Virus record (IMG/VR): IMGVR_UViG_3300036790_000204
Coordinates: 42,103 to 106,102 of that record
Strand: one strand, 5' to 3'
Length of the DNA stretch: 64,000 nt
From: a virus
Lineage: Duplodnaviria; Heunggongvirae; Uroviricota; Caudoviricetes
Positions 1 through 9,676 of this stretch are shown in pieces. The position numbers and the translations under genes were made by a program. Within the stretch, counting starts at the first letter, position 1, and every line of letters starts with the position of its first letter. Below the pieces are notes generated by a model. That model did no database searches, had not been told where the DNA came from, and was given only the letters and a program-made list of their open reading frames with translations.

Positions 1-1
1 G

Positions 2-2497
2 GCCGGCGACGAAGCCGAAGGCGTCCGCGCGCTCAACGCGGTCAGCCATTCACTCGGCGGTCACGCCTACGCGACAGGCGACGCATCCCGCGAGGCCCGC
101 AGCTACTCCGATCGGATGCAAGGGCGGCACGGAGACCTTGAGCTCGCCGAGAAAGCCGGCAGGCTCGAAGCGGTTCACGCGGCAGCGCTCGGCCACGCCG
201 CACAGGCGAACACGCTGTACGACAACGCCAAGGCTGGCCGCGACGATGGCGACCACGAGTTCTCGCCCGGCTACCTGCGCGGCGAAGGCGCGACCGACGC
301 CGACGTCGCCGAGCTGTCACGGCGATACGAGATCATGCACGGCCGCAAGCCGACCGCCGCCGAGCTCGGTAAGATCCGCCGCGCCAAGCCCGCGGCTCAG
401 CCGGCGGGCAGCGCAGAGGCGGAGCACGCCGCCCGGGCGGGGATGATCGCGAAAGCCGGCGACGACAACGCGCACGCCATGAAGCGCATGATGGCGCTCG
501 CCCACGCCAAGCGAGTCCACGAAGCCGACAAGGCGCAGGGCGGCGGCCACCTGCCGCCCCTGGCGCTGCTCGGCAACGAGAAGCACGCGGACGGCAGCAT
601 GACCGCCAGCGCCGTCGACCACCTCGGCCGCGACTACACGGTCAAGCTCGGCGGCGACCGGAGCGTCACCGTCACCCACGAGGGCCGATCGCTGACCGGC
701 CCCGGGGGCGCCAACCCGACGCAGACGGCCCGCGAGCTGGCAGGGAAGCTGACCACGCCTGCCGCCCCGGCGGCGACCACGGCGGACGCCGACAAGTTCT
801 GGGCTGACGAGCCAGCACCCGCCCCCCCGGCGCCGCCGGCGCCGAAGCCGAAATACGAGCAGGGCGGCATGTTCGCCGAACCCGACAAACTTGGCACCGC
901 GCCGATGTTCGGCGACCAGTTCGGCACCAGCGGCATCACGGAGCCAGCGCCCGGATTGGCCGCGCCGGCCGGTCGCGGCACATCGGCACACGGGGACACC
1001 GCCGCGCACCTTCAGGGGCTCGATCCGCGCTACCGGTTCTCGTCTGCCCTGACAAGGGCTTCCGGCGGTCCCGGCAGCGACGACTACGGGAAAATGGTCA
1101 ATCTCGTCAACGGACTTAAGGAGCGCCCGGAGGACGCGGTGCCGCGCGCTCTCGCCCACGCCGAGACGGGCAGCCCGGCAGCCCTAACGCGCCGCGCGCA
1201 GCAGATCGAAGCGGTCACGGGCGCGCTCAACGGCATGCAGCACGACGCGCCGGCCCACCAGATCAGCGCAATGAACGAATACGCGCGGCAGCTCCGCGCC
1301 TCAGTCGGCGCCAAGGGCGCAGGAAAGACGACAGGCGATCCTGCGCACGCGGCGGAAATCCGTCAGCTCGCCGGCCGGGTCGACGGCGACAGCGCGCTCG
1401 AGCGCCGAACCAGAAGCCACCTTGAGGACGCCGCCACGGCGGTGGAAAAGGGAAACCGCAGCGACGCATACGGTCACCTTGACGCCGCCCGGCACGTCGC
1501 CTCCGGCGCAAACACCGCCAGCCACCCGGAAAGCCACCTGGTGACTGACACGGACGGCCACGGCGTCGTCCCCGCGATCGAAGGTCACATGCGCCGCGTG
1601 CCCTACGCCCCGGCCGATACCGCGGATATCGGGCGCGTCGGGCTGCTCGGCGGCCTCGCCCGCGACACCGAGAGTCTCTCTGGCGCGTCGCGCGCGCACA
1701 GCGAAGAAGGCGCTGCGCACCTGGCGACCGCAGCGGCCCACATGCGCGCCGGACGAGACGCCGAGGCATCTACGTCGCTCCGCGACGCCACAGGCGCGCT
1801 CGAGCGCGATTCGGTCGCCGCAGGAGCCGCCCGTGACGGCCAGAGGGCGGCGGGAAACGCAGCCAAGGCCGCAGGGCTGCGCGATGAGACGTCGGCGATC
1901 CTGAGCCGGCACACCGGCTCGGCCGACCACGCGAAGCACGTCGGCCAGGAGGCGAGCGCGGCCCACGCGGCGACCGCTCGCGGCATCGCCGCCGACGTCC
2001 GGATGGAACGGGGTCTCACGGCCGGGCAGCGGGAAGACGCCGAAACCAGCCTCCACGCGGCCGCCCGGCATCTCGAGGCGGGCAACCATGCGGAGGCGGC
2101 CCGCGAGCTCGACAACGCCACGCACGCCACGTCGCTGCGCGGCGGCGGCGTCATCAAGGGCTCCATTGCCGCTCGCGCCCGCGACCTGGCCAAGCGGATC
2201 CGCTCAGGCGAGCACAAGCATGTCGGCGCGGCCCGCGAGATGAAAGACCTCGGCTCGGCGATCGTGTCCCGCTGCGGACGCGAGCCGGATGTCCGCAGGC
2301 AGCTCGCGACCGCCACTGCGGCGCTCGAGGGCGGGGACCCTGCGGCCGCCTATGGTGCGCTTGACATGGCTCGCCGGTACGCGGTCGGCGAGCTCGGCGG
2401 CGACCCGGCGACCGCGCACCTGCAGGTGCTGCTCGCCGACGGCACCGAGGCATCCAAGGCGATCATCCGGTGGCGGGACGCGGTGCGGCAGGGCTGA
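2..2497 (+). CDS. hypothetical large Ala/His-rich repeat protein; N-terminus lies outside the window (frame open from nt 2)
   Basis: 793-aa ORF from M116, but the same frame is open back to nt 2. SHSLGG (GxSxG-like nucleophile elbow) at the window edge. About 35-aa His/Ala/Asp-rich repeats. A GAKGAGKT P-loop-like string is probably chance in a low-complexity region. Confidence 0.4.
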   Translation, partial: AGDEAEGVRALNAVSHSLGGHAYATGDASREARSYSDRMQGRHGDLELAEKAGRLEAVHAAALGHAAQANTLYDNAKAGRDDGDHEFSPGYLRGEGATDADVAELSRRYEIMHGRKPTAAELGKIRRAKPAAQPAGSAEAEHAARAGMIAKAGDDNAHAMKRMMALAHAKRVHEADKAQGGGHLPPLALLGNEKHADGSMTASAVDHLGRDYTVKLGGDRSVTVTHEGRSLTGPGGANPTQTARELAGKLTTPAAPAATTADADKFWADEPAPAPPAPPAPKPKYEQGGMFAEPDKLGTAPMFGDQFGTSGITEPAPGLAAPAGRGTSAHGDTAAHLQGLDPRYRFSSALTRASGGPGSDDYGKMVNLVNGLKERPEDAVPRALAHAETGSPAALTRRAQQIEAVTGALNGMQHDAPAHQISAMNEYARQLRASVGAKGAGKTTGDPAHAAEIRQLAGRVDGDSALERRTRSHLEDAATAVEKGNRSDAYGHLDAARHVASGANTASHPESHLVTDTDGHGVVPAIEGHMRRVPYAPADTADIGRVGLLGGLARDTESLSGASRAHSEEGAAHLATAAAHMRAGRDAEASTSLRDATGALERDSVAAGAARDGQRAAGNAAKAAGLRDETSAILSRHTGSADHAKHVGQEASAAHAATARGIAADVRMERGLTAGQREDAETSLHAAARHLEAGNHAEAARELDNATHATSLRGGGVIKGSIAARARDLAKRIRSGEHKHVGAAREMKDLGSAIVSRCGREPDVRRQLATATAALEGGDPAAAYGALDMARRYAVGELGGDPATAHLQVLLADGTEASKAIIRWRDAVRQG

Positions 2498-5400
2498 TGC
2501 TCATCAAGGCGGTACGCCGCGACGAGCACGGCGTCAGGCGGGTGGTGGCGTCGTGGAACCCGGACAGGCACCCGCGTGACCGGCACGGCCGGTTCATCAC
2601 GACCGGCCATGAGGTGCACCTGGCCGACGGGTCGACCGGGACAGTGGTGCGGGCGGTCGGCTCGAGCAGCATCGAGGTGCGCCACGCCGACGGGCACCTG
2701 CAGCGGGTCGCGGCGAACACGGTGTCCGTCACCGCGCCGAACGCCGCGGGCGCCCTCGAGGGGATCCGGTTCCCCGCGAACCGGAAACTGACCGTGACCC
2801 ACGGGCCCGGCGACACCCCTGTCATCGGGCACGTCACCAGCCACCGCGACCACCTCGCCGTCCAGCCGGCCCGCGGCGGCCCGGCCGTCTACATACCGCA
2901 CAGCTCCGTGAACCGCATCATGGAGAACCCCGGCCGCGACGGTCGCCCCGGCGCAGTCCGCTACGTGCGCCCCGGCTGGAATCCCGGCCGGCACGCCGAA
3001 CGGGACACGGCCGCGCAGGTCGACCAGGTCAGCGCCCGCGACCTGCAGCCCGGCGACCACGCGATGGTCCCGCACCCGCTGACCGGCGAACCCGCGCCGG
3101 GCACGATCGTCGACAAGCGGCTCGACGGCGACACCATCGAGCTTGACGTGCGCCGCGCCGACGGGTCGGTCGACACCGCGGCGATGGACCGCGACGCCGC
3201 CGTCGACAAGATCACCGGCGCCGGCGCCCCGGATGACTTCCCCGACGAGACCGACACGACCCCCGCCCCGGCCGCGCTCCCACCCGTCGCGGTGAAGCCG
3301 CTCCCAGCGGGCACCACGGTCGCACGGCCGGTGCTCTACACCTACCAGCGCCGGAAGATCACCGCCCTGAACCTCGACCGCGACCGGACACTGCCCGAAG
3401 ACCTCCGGCAGGCCGCCGCGCGGATCAGGCAGCGGCAGCCCCTGTCAGCCGGGCAGTCCGCGGCGCTCTCGGCCGAGCTCCGCGAACGCGCCCAAGCCCA
3501 TCCGTCGCCCGTGCAGACCCGGTCGCTCGAGCGCGCCGCATGGCGGCTCGACGCCGCCGCGGCCGAAGCCCACGGCCAGGTCATCCCCGAGCCCGGCATC
3601 GTCCCCGACCGGGCGGCCGAGGTCATGCCCGACGGCATCACCGAAGGCGACAGCATCGTCCTACCGGGCCCCGACGGCACCCTGACGGCGATGAAGGTCC
3701 GCGGGATCACCAGCATGATGGGCGGCCGGGTCCGCGTCCTCGACGTCGAGCACGACGACGGCACCATCGAGCAGCGCACCATCACCGGCCGCACCCGCGC
3801 GTGGCTGCTGCCCGACCGGCCCGACGACGAGCCCGTTGCCGCGCCCGGCCCGCGGCTCGAGCACATCACCCCCGACCAGCTGCGCCCAGGCGACACGATC
3901 CGCGTCAGCGAGGACCACGACGCCGACACCGACCAGGTGACCGGCGTCGAGCCGCTGGAACCCGGCGAGGCGCGGATCACCCTGGCCAGCGGCCAGACGC
4001 AGCTCTCCCAGTCCTACGACGGCGGCCCGAGCATCGTCCGCACCGCCCGCGGCGACGCCAGCGCCGGCCAGCCGTGGGACAGTCTCATGGCCGCCGAGCA
4101 CCCCGAGACCGGCGTCGGGCCGGCCGAGATCAGGGTCGGAGACCGGATCATCCACGGCACCGGCGCCTACGCCGTCACCGGCGCCGTCGTGGAGGCCGAC
4201 CCGCTCGACATCCCGGGCGCGAAAGAGCTGACGATCCGCGAAGACAACTCGTCCAACACCACCGTGCGGCTCTACCCCGGCGACACCGTGACGCGTCTCG
4301 TCAAGGCCGACGACAACGCAGCCGCGCGCATCGAGGAGGAGAAGCGGCGTCGGCTGGCCGACGCCGCGGTCAGCAGGATCAACTACGCGATCAGCGGCCT
4401 GCTGCAGGCCAGCCGCGACCGCGACCTGCGCATGGCGGGGAACTTCTACGGCCAGAGCCACGACGATCTAGCCGCCTCGATCAGCGCGATCCCGGCCGAA
4501 CGCGCGCTCGCCCGCATGGATTCCCACATCCGCATCCTGCAGAACGCGCTGATGCCGCCCGACGGCACACCCGAGACCGAGAGCGCGGCGGCGGAGGCTG
4601 CGCGTCGTCTCCTGCCCGCGATCGGCGAGCTGGCCGAACGGCAGCGCGCCGACGTGATCGCCTCCTTTAAGAACGCCGAGGACGGAATCGACCCGGCCGC
4701 GCTTGCCGACCGTCACGCGAGGGCCGACCCCGCCGGGCTGCTCGCGAGCGCCCGGTCGCGCGTCATGCGGCAGTGGCACGACACGCCGCCGCCGACCCCG
4801 TCAATGGCGGCCACCCGGGCGATCGCCGAGGCAGCCGCCGCGGTCAGGGGAACCGCCGTCGCCCCAGACGCAGCCGGCGACATCCCGAAGCCGCTCCCCG
4901 ACGGCGGCGCCCTGGCCGCCAGGATCCGCGCCTACCGGGCGCAGCTCCCCGCCGACGCCGCCGGGATCGGCAGGCAGTCCGTCACCCGCGCCGTGTTCGC
5001 GACCCCCCGCCTCGAAGACCTCGAGGCGGGTAAAGCGCCGGCGGTCGAGCTCGCCCAGGTGACCACGCCCGACCGCGCCCCGGACGGCGGACCCGGGGCG
5101 ATCGCGATGCGCCACCTCGACACCGTCATGGCCGCCGGGCGCGACCTTGACGCCGAACTGCAAGCGCGCATCGCCAAAGCGCCCATCCGGATCGAGACGC
5201 CGGAAGCCAAAGCAGAGCGGGACGAGCTTCGGAAAAAGTCAGTTGAAGCGGGCACAGCCGCTTTCCGCGCCTACCGCGCGTCGATGGACTCGTACGCCAA
5301 GGCGCACGGGTACATGTCCGCCATGATGCTGGAGCGGCAAGGGACGTCGGCGCAGTTGGCCGAGGCGCGCGAGCAGGCCACCAAAATCCGGGCCGAACGA

Positions 5401-6120
5401 GACCGAGAGCACGACGAGGCCCGGGCGCTTTACAAGGCGGCGCTCGCGGCCGCGCCCGACCCGAAGCAGTACGCGGACGCGCAGCGGCAGGCGGCGCTCG
5501 ACATCCTCGGCGAGGTGATCCCCGGCGGCATGGGCGGCATCGGCGCGCAGTACGTCGCCAGCGGGAGGAACGGCAAGCCCCTGACCGAGCGCGGCCAGCT
5601 TGTGCAGTCGATGCGGTGGGCCGAGCAGCATTACCCGGCGTCGTGGCTGAAAAAGTACCGGGAGCGCGCCAACTACCGGCTCGGCGACATCCAGCGCGGC
5701 CACTACGCCGACTCGACCAAGGAAATCCGCCTGTCGAAAGACACGGAGAAGGTGACGGGCGGCGGCGACCGCGGGCGCGTTGCGGTCCACGAGGCGGGAC
5801 ACGCTATGGAGTACGGCGTGCCCGGTATCCTCCCCCTCGAGGACGCCTATCTGTGGTCGCGGACGTCATCGGGCGACATCGGGTCGCGGACCCGCGAGAA
5901 GAAAGCGTCACTCGGCGCCGGGATGAGCGGCGAGCGCACTTACCGGGATGAGTTCCCCGAGCCGTACTCCGGCAAGGACTACCCGGGCGGCGGCAAAGAC
6001 GGCCTCTCGAGCGCCTACGAGCTGCTCACGACCGGTATGGAATCGCTGTTCGCCGGATCTGGCTACCTAGATCCTGGCTTCCGGCAGTGGCTTCTCGGTA
6101 CGCTTGCCCTGGTGAACTAG
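2497..6120 (+). CDS. large phage protein (about 1207 aa) with C-terminal HEXXH zincin-like metallopeptidase domain; N-terminal NPDRHPRDRHGRF motif
   Basis: ORF 2470..6120. The ATG at 2497 overlaps the upstream TGA (ATGA coupling). C-terminus has VAVHEAGHAMEYG and a Gly-rich tail. No Walker or portal motifs seen. Confidence 0.5.
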   Translation: MLIKAVRRDEHGVRRVVASWNPDRHPRDRHGRFITTGHEVHLADGSTGTVVRAVGSSSIEVRHADGHLQRVAANTVSVTAPNAAGALEGIRFPANRKLTVTHGPGDTPVIGHVTSHRDHLAVQPARGGPAVYIPHSSVNRIMENPGRDGRPGAVRYVRPGWNPGRHAERDTAAQVDQVSARDLQPGDHAMVPHPLTGEPAPGTIVDKRLDGDTIELDVRRADGSVDTAAMDRDAAVDKITGAGAPDDFPDETDTTPAPAALPPVAVKPLPAGTTVARPVLYTYQRRKITALNLDRDRTLPEDLRQAAARIRQRQPLSAGQSAALSAELRERAQAHPSPVQTRSLERAAWRLDAAAAEAHGQVIPEPGIVPDRAAEVMPDGITEGDSIVLPGPDGTLTAMKVRGITSMMGGRVRVLDVEHDDGTIEQRTITGRTRAWLLPDRPDDEPVAAPGPRLEHITPDQLRPGDTIRVSEDHDADTDQVTGVEPLEPGEARITLASGQTQLSQSYDGGPSIVRTARGDASAGQPWDSLMAAEHPETGVGPAEIRVGDRIIHGTGAYAVTGAVVEADPLDIPGAKELTIREDNSSNTTVRLYPGDTVTRLVKADDNAAARIEEEKRRRLADAAVSRINYAISGLLQASRDRDLRMAGNFYGQSHDDLAASISAIPAERALARMDSHIRILQNALMPPDGTPETESAAAEAARRLLPAIGELAERQRADVIASFKNAEDGIDPAALADRHARADPAGLLASARSRVMRQWHDTPPPTPSMAATRAIAEAAAAVRGTAVAPDAAGDIPKPLPDGGALAARIRAYRAQLPADAAGIGRQSVTRAVFATPRLEDLEAGKAPAVELAQVTTPDRAPDGGPGAIAMRHLDTVMAAGRDLDAELQARIAKAPIRIETPEAKAERDELRKKSVEAGTAAFRAYRASMDSYAKAHGYMSAMMLERQGTSAQLAEAREQATKIRAERDREHDEARALYKAALAAAPDPKQYADAQRQAALDILGEVIPGGMGGIGAQYVASGRNGKPLTERGQLVQSMRWAEQHYPASWLKKYRERANYRLGDIQRGHYADSTKEIRLSKDTEKVTGGGDRGRVAVHEAGHAMEYGVPGILPLEDAYLWSRTSSGDIGSRTREKKASLGAGMSGERTYRDEFPEPYSGKDYPGGGKDGLSSAYELLTTGMESLFAGSGYLDPGFRQWLLGTLALVN

Positions 6121-6137
6121 ACACGGGGGGTGAGCGG

Positions 6138-6437
6138 GTGTTCACGGTAGACGGGTACATCAACGGCGTTTCCTATCATGCCGTCGTCGGCGACGACACA
6201 TCGAACCGGCTCGGCCCGACTGTCGGCTGCGTCGCCGGCGACCCCGGCGTGCTGTCGCTGCTGCAGGAGCAGGAAGGGGAGCCGTGGGCGGCGACCCCGA
6301 CCGGCCCGTTCGGCGTCCTCGACCTGGCCGACCCGGCGTCGGTCCTCGGCGCGCTGAGCGACCACACGGACGTCACGTCCCTGACCGGCGACTACCCGGA
6401 TCTAGCCGGGCAGCCCGTCGCGGGCGTTGTCTACTGA
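6138..6437 (+). CDS. hypothetical protein
   Basis: ORF 6087..6437. A GTG with a GGGGGTGAG RBS lies just after the upstream stop. Confidence 0.3.
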   Translation: MFTVDGYINGVSYHAVVGDDTSNRLGPTVGCVAGDPGVLSLLQEQEGEPWAATPTGPFGVLDLADPASVLGALSDHTDVTSLTGDYPDLAGQPVAGVVY

Positions 6438-6729
6438 CCTGCGGCACCCTCCGCTCATCACCGCCGCGCTGTGGCCGCTCGACCTCAACTATGACCGGGG
6501 CATCGAGTGCGCTGCCTGCGGTGATGTCATCCTCATGGCGGACGGCGACGCCCCTTTCAGGTTCACCCCGGCCGCGCTGCTCGACGCCCTGACTGAGCAC
6601 GCCTGCGAGCGGAACACCGCGACGTTAGGCGCCGCCGGCGGCGACGCTAGCGCACATGCCGTCAGCCCGCGCCCGTTTCCGCGCCGTCCCACGGGCCGAG
6701 CCCGCGCAGGCGCCTGCCGCGGGCGATGA
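6427..6729 (+). CDS. hypothetical protein
   Basis: 100-aa ORF with overlapping stop and start. Confidence 0.25.
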   Translation: MSTDLRHPPLITAALWPLDLNYDRGIECAACGDVILMADGDAPFRFTPAALLDALTEHACERNTATLGAAGGDASAHAVSPRPFPRRPTGRARAGACRGR

Positions 6730-7411
6730 AGCCGACTGGCCGCACCCGCGGACCGGCGAGACCTGGCACGGCACCGTGACCGGCGTTTCGGGTGACGGGG
6801 CGCAGGTGGCGTGGCATTCCTACACCCGGCCCGGCGCCGACAAGACACTGCGGCCGATGCGGCACGCCAGCGCCGTGCCCGCGGCCGAGCTCAGCCGCCG
6901 GCCGGCCGGCCGCCCGGCCGAACGGAAAAGCGGCTACACCGGCCTGACTTCCCAGTCGGGCATGATCTCGCTCGACGTGCCGCCAGGCATCATGACCCCG
7001 GTGCCGGGCGGCGTGGACGAGCCGCCGCACGTCACCGTCGTGTACCTCGGCAAGAACCTCACAGACGACGCATGGGAGCAAGCGTGCGCGCGCGCCTCGC
7101 AGGCCGCCACCACGGCGCCGGGTCCGGTTGACGGGACGATCGGCGGACTCGGCGTGTTCCCGCCTGACGAGACCGGCAGCATGCCCGTGTTCGCCCACGC
7201 GCAGATCCCGGACGCGCACCCGATCCGCAAGCAGCTCGAGGACTTGTCGGCCTCGCAGCACCGTGAATGGCATCCGCACGTGACGATGACGTTCGCCAGC
7301 CCGGGCGACGTGCTGCCCGCCGCCCCGGATCCGACTCCCGTCACGTTCACCCACCTGTCCGCGCACCGCGGCGACGAGGTGCGCCGGTTCAAGCTCGGCG
7401 GCGGCCGGTGA
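6656..7411 (+). CDS. 2H phosphoesterase (LigT / Acb1-like 2',5' RNA ligase or cyclic-nucleotide phosphodiesterase family)
   Basis: Two H-x-T-x motifs (PHVTVVY and HPHVTMTF) about 80 aa apart. The core domain may start at the ATG near 6962 (150 aa), or at 6857. Confidence 0.6.
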   Translation: MPSARARFRAVPRAEPAQAPAAGDEADWPHPRTGETWHGTVTGVSGDGAQVAWHSYTRPGADKTLRPMRHASAVPAAELSRRPAGRPAERKSGYTGLTSQSGMISLDVPPGIMTPVPGGVDEPPHVTVVYLGKNLTDDAWEQACARASQAATTAPGPVDGTIGGLGVFPPDETGSMPVFAHAQIPDAHPIRKQLEDLSASQHREWHPHVTMTFASPGDVLPAAPDPTPVTFTHLSAHRGDEVRRFKLGGGR

Positions 7412-7460
7412 CCAGCCGGCCGGCCACCCGCAAGCCCGACACAGGAAGGCACCACGACCG

Positions 7461-8309
7461 ATGAGCGACATCACCAGCACCCTGCAGGGACTCGGAGACG
7501 GCACGGTGACCACCGATCAGGCGACGGCAATGTTCGCGGCCCGGCAGTGGCCGGTGCGCCTCGCCCACCAGCCGCCGGCGCTGCCCGGCGACGACCTCGC
7601 CGAAGACGTCGCGGACGGCTCGTTCGGCGAGGTGCAGGCCGCCTACGCCGCCGGGTGGATCACCGACGAGCAGTACGCGCAGCTAGCCCAGGCCGCCGCG
7701 TCCGCAGGCGCCGTGACCGGCTTCGGGGGCGGCGACGGGCAGCAGGATGACCTGTTCGCCCCCGAGATGAAGGGAATCCCCCTCGCGAAGGGCTCGTATT
7801 GCGGGATGCCGGGCGGCGGCCGCGGCCGCATCACCGAGGTAGTGACCGAGGGGCAGGCGAAGGGCAGCGACGGCACCACCGCCGACAGCCCGGCCGCGGT
7901 GGTCGCGGTCTGGGAAAAGGGCGACGACGGCTGGTCCGCGACCGGGAAGACAACCGCGGTGAAGCTGTCGGCGCTGAAGGACATGCCGCCGCCGCGCCCG
8001 CTCGCAGGCGCCGGCGGCGAGTCCAAGGCGGCCGGGATACTCGAGGCACTCACCGGCCACGAGCTGCGCACCAGCGGGCAGCCGCCGTGGGCGCGCCCCG
8101 CGGCGTCCGCGGTCACCGCCGTGTACGAGCGCGGGACGGCCGCCTACCCGGGCGAGTCGAAGGCACTCATGCCCGCGCACGACTGGGCGATGGGCCGCGT
8201 CGGCGCGTTCCTCGGCCTCGCGGCCGGCGAGCAGACCGCCGGGTACGCCCGCGACCATGACCTGCTCCCCGAAGGCCACCCGGCCCGCGCCGGGACATGG
8301 GACGCCTGA
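7461..8309 (+). CDS. hypothetical protein
   Basis: 282-aa ORF with coding-like composition. Confidence 0.35.
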   Translation: MSDITSTLQGLGDGTVTTDQATAMFAARQWPVRLAHQPPALPGDDLAEDVADGSFGEVQAAYAAGWITDEQYAQLAQAAASAGAVTGFGGGDGQQDDLFAPEMKGIPLAKGSYCGMPGGGRGRITEVVTEGQAKGSDGTTADSPAAVVAVWEKGDDGWSATGKTTAVKLSALKDMPPPRPLAGAGGESKAAGILEALTGHELRTSGQPPWARPAASAVTAVYERGTAAYPGESKALMPAHDWAMGRVGAFLGLAAGEQTAGYARDHDLLPEGHPARAGTWDA

Positions 8310-8452
8310 TGCCCGTCTTCAACATGCTCGGCTGGCCGCTGATCATCCCCGACCAGCGTCCCCGCCGCCGACCGCAGCCCCTCGAAGGGAAGGGCCGCGG
8401 TATCACCAAGAGCCCCAAGCGCGCTAAGCGCAGAAACCGGAGAAAACCATGA
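8309..8452 (+). CDS. small basic protein (47 aa, MPVFNMLGWPLIIP...KRAKRRNRRKP)
   Basis: ATGA overlaps with both flanking genes. Not in the ORF table because it is under 60 aa. Confidence 0.25.
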   Translation: MPVFNMLGWPLIIPDQRPRRRPQPLEGKGRGITKSPKRAKRRNRRKP

Positions 8453-8856
8453 AGCCGACCCTAGGCGCGACCGTCATCTACAAGCTGTCCGAGCAGGACG
8501 CCGAGGACATCAACCGGCGCCGCGGCGACGCCGACGAGTTCCGCCGCACCCTCCCGCGCACCGAGGCGATCAGGTCCGGCTCGAGGGGCCGCAGCGGGCA
8601 CGTGATGCACTTCGGCAACCCCGCCGCCGCGGGCGACGAGCACCCGGCGCAGGTCGTGCGGCTGCCGTCGCCCGAGTGGGCCGAGCAGACGGCTGTCAAC
8701 CTGCAGGTGCACCTCGACGGCAATGACCTGCACTGGGCGCCGTCCCGCGGCCAGGGCACCGGTCACGGCGAGTGGCAGTGGCCGGCGCAGCCCGAGCAGG
8801 AGAACGCGGACGAGACCGCGTCGCACGTCCCGCATGTCGGTCCGGAGGGCGAGTAG
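8449..8856 (+). CDS. hypothetical protein
   Basis: 135-aa ORF, translationally coupled. Confidence 0.35.
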   Translation: MKPTLGATVIYKLSEQDAEDINRRRGDADEFRRTLPRTEAIRSGSRGRSGHVMHFGNPAAAGDEHPAQVVRLPSPEWAEQTAVNLQVHLDGNDLHWAPSRGQGTGHGEWQWPAQPEQENADETASHVPHVGPEGE

Positions 8857-9419
8857 TGGACCTCGCGGCGCGCGAAAGCGGACTGACGGGACCGAGCCAC
8901 ATGGACCGCCAGCGGGCCGCAGCCGAGGCGCTCGAGCCGCTAAGCCTCGTGCTGGTCGTCATGCCGCCAGGACACCGCGAGAACCGCTATGGCGTCGCAC
9001 CGCGCCCGTACCGAGGCGGCGTCTGCCCGCACGTCTTCGCCGACCTTGAGGCGGTCGAGCAGTTCGTCGCCGCGCAGCCCGGTCCGCCTCACCGCGCACC
9101 GCGCATCAACGACCGGGTGCACTATGTCGCGCACGGCACGCCAGTACGCGAAGACGGGACACAGGCGTACTCGAGCGTCTGCCGGGCAGCGACCATCACC
9201 GAAACCGGCCATGTCGAGGTCAACGAGCAAAAGCCCTTCGGTGACGGAATCTACCGCGCCACCGCCGGCCTGTTCGTGATGAACCCGACCGGCATGTTCT
9301 TCCCGCAAGGCGTGCTCTACGACGCGGGCGAGCCCGACGGCACCGACCTGTGCGGCGGCCGGGCGTTCGCGGGCGGCACCTGGCACTTCGACGACTACGA
9401 CCAGGACGGCGAAGAGTGA
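8856..9419 (+). CDS. hypothetical protein
   Basis: ORF 8772..9419. The GTG at 8856 overlaps the TAG of the upstream gene. Confidence 0.35.
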   Translation: MDLAARESGLTGPSHMDRQRAAAEALEPLSLVLVVMPPGHRENRYGVAPRPYRGGVCPHVFADLEAVEQFVAAQPGPPHRAPRINDRVHYVAHGTPVREDGTQAYSSVCRAATITETGHVEVNEQKPFGDGIYRATAGLFVMNPTGMFFPQGVLYDAGEPDGTDLCGGRAFAGGTWHFDDYDQDGEE

Positions 9420-9676
9420 AGATCATCGTCGCCGAGGCGCGGCAGTGGGACGGCTCCCTCGCGGCGGCCACGGATCTCATCGACTGGATCCTCGCCAGCG
9501 GCGGCACGGCGCGTTACCACGACGAAGGGCCGTCGGCGCTGAGCATCGACGTTCCCGCAGGCATCGCGACCGCAGTACCCGGCGACTGGATCATCATGGA
9601 CGACCAAGGCCAGTTCCGGCCGGTCGACGCGCGGGCCTACGAGCGGATGACGGCCGAGGTGCCCGGCACGCCGTGA
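9416..9676 (+). CDS. hypothetical protein
   Basis: The GTG at 9416 overlaps the upstream TGA. Confidence 0.3.
   Translation: MKIIVAEARQWDGSLAAATDLIDWILASGGTARYHDEGPSALSIDVPAGIATAVPGDWIIMDDQGQFRPVDARAYERMTAEVPGTP

Noticed and set aside
1260-1340. P-loop-like GAKGAGKT in the first ORF (possible terminase ATPase)
   Set aside because: It lies in an Ala/Gly low-complexity stretch with no Walker B or terminase architecture, so it is most likely chance.
3540-4670. Long Arg/Pro/Gly-rich ORFs overlapping real genes (for example 3540..4670, 29904..31796, 55153..55896, 43278..44861, 45842..47065)
   Set aside because: Typical out-of-frame or antisense open frames of 70% GC DNA. Low-complexity R/G/P composition with no motifs, each contained inside a better gene.
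116-6120. Interpreting the first two large genes as terminase or portal
   Set aside because: No terminase ATPase or nuclease motifs and no portal-like pattern. The HEXXH and repeat features point elsewhere.
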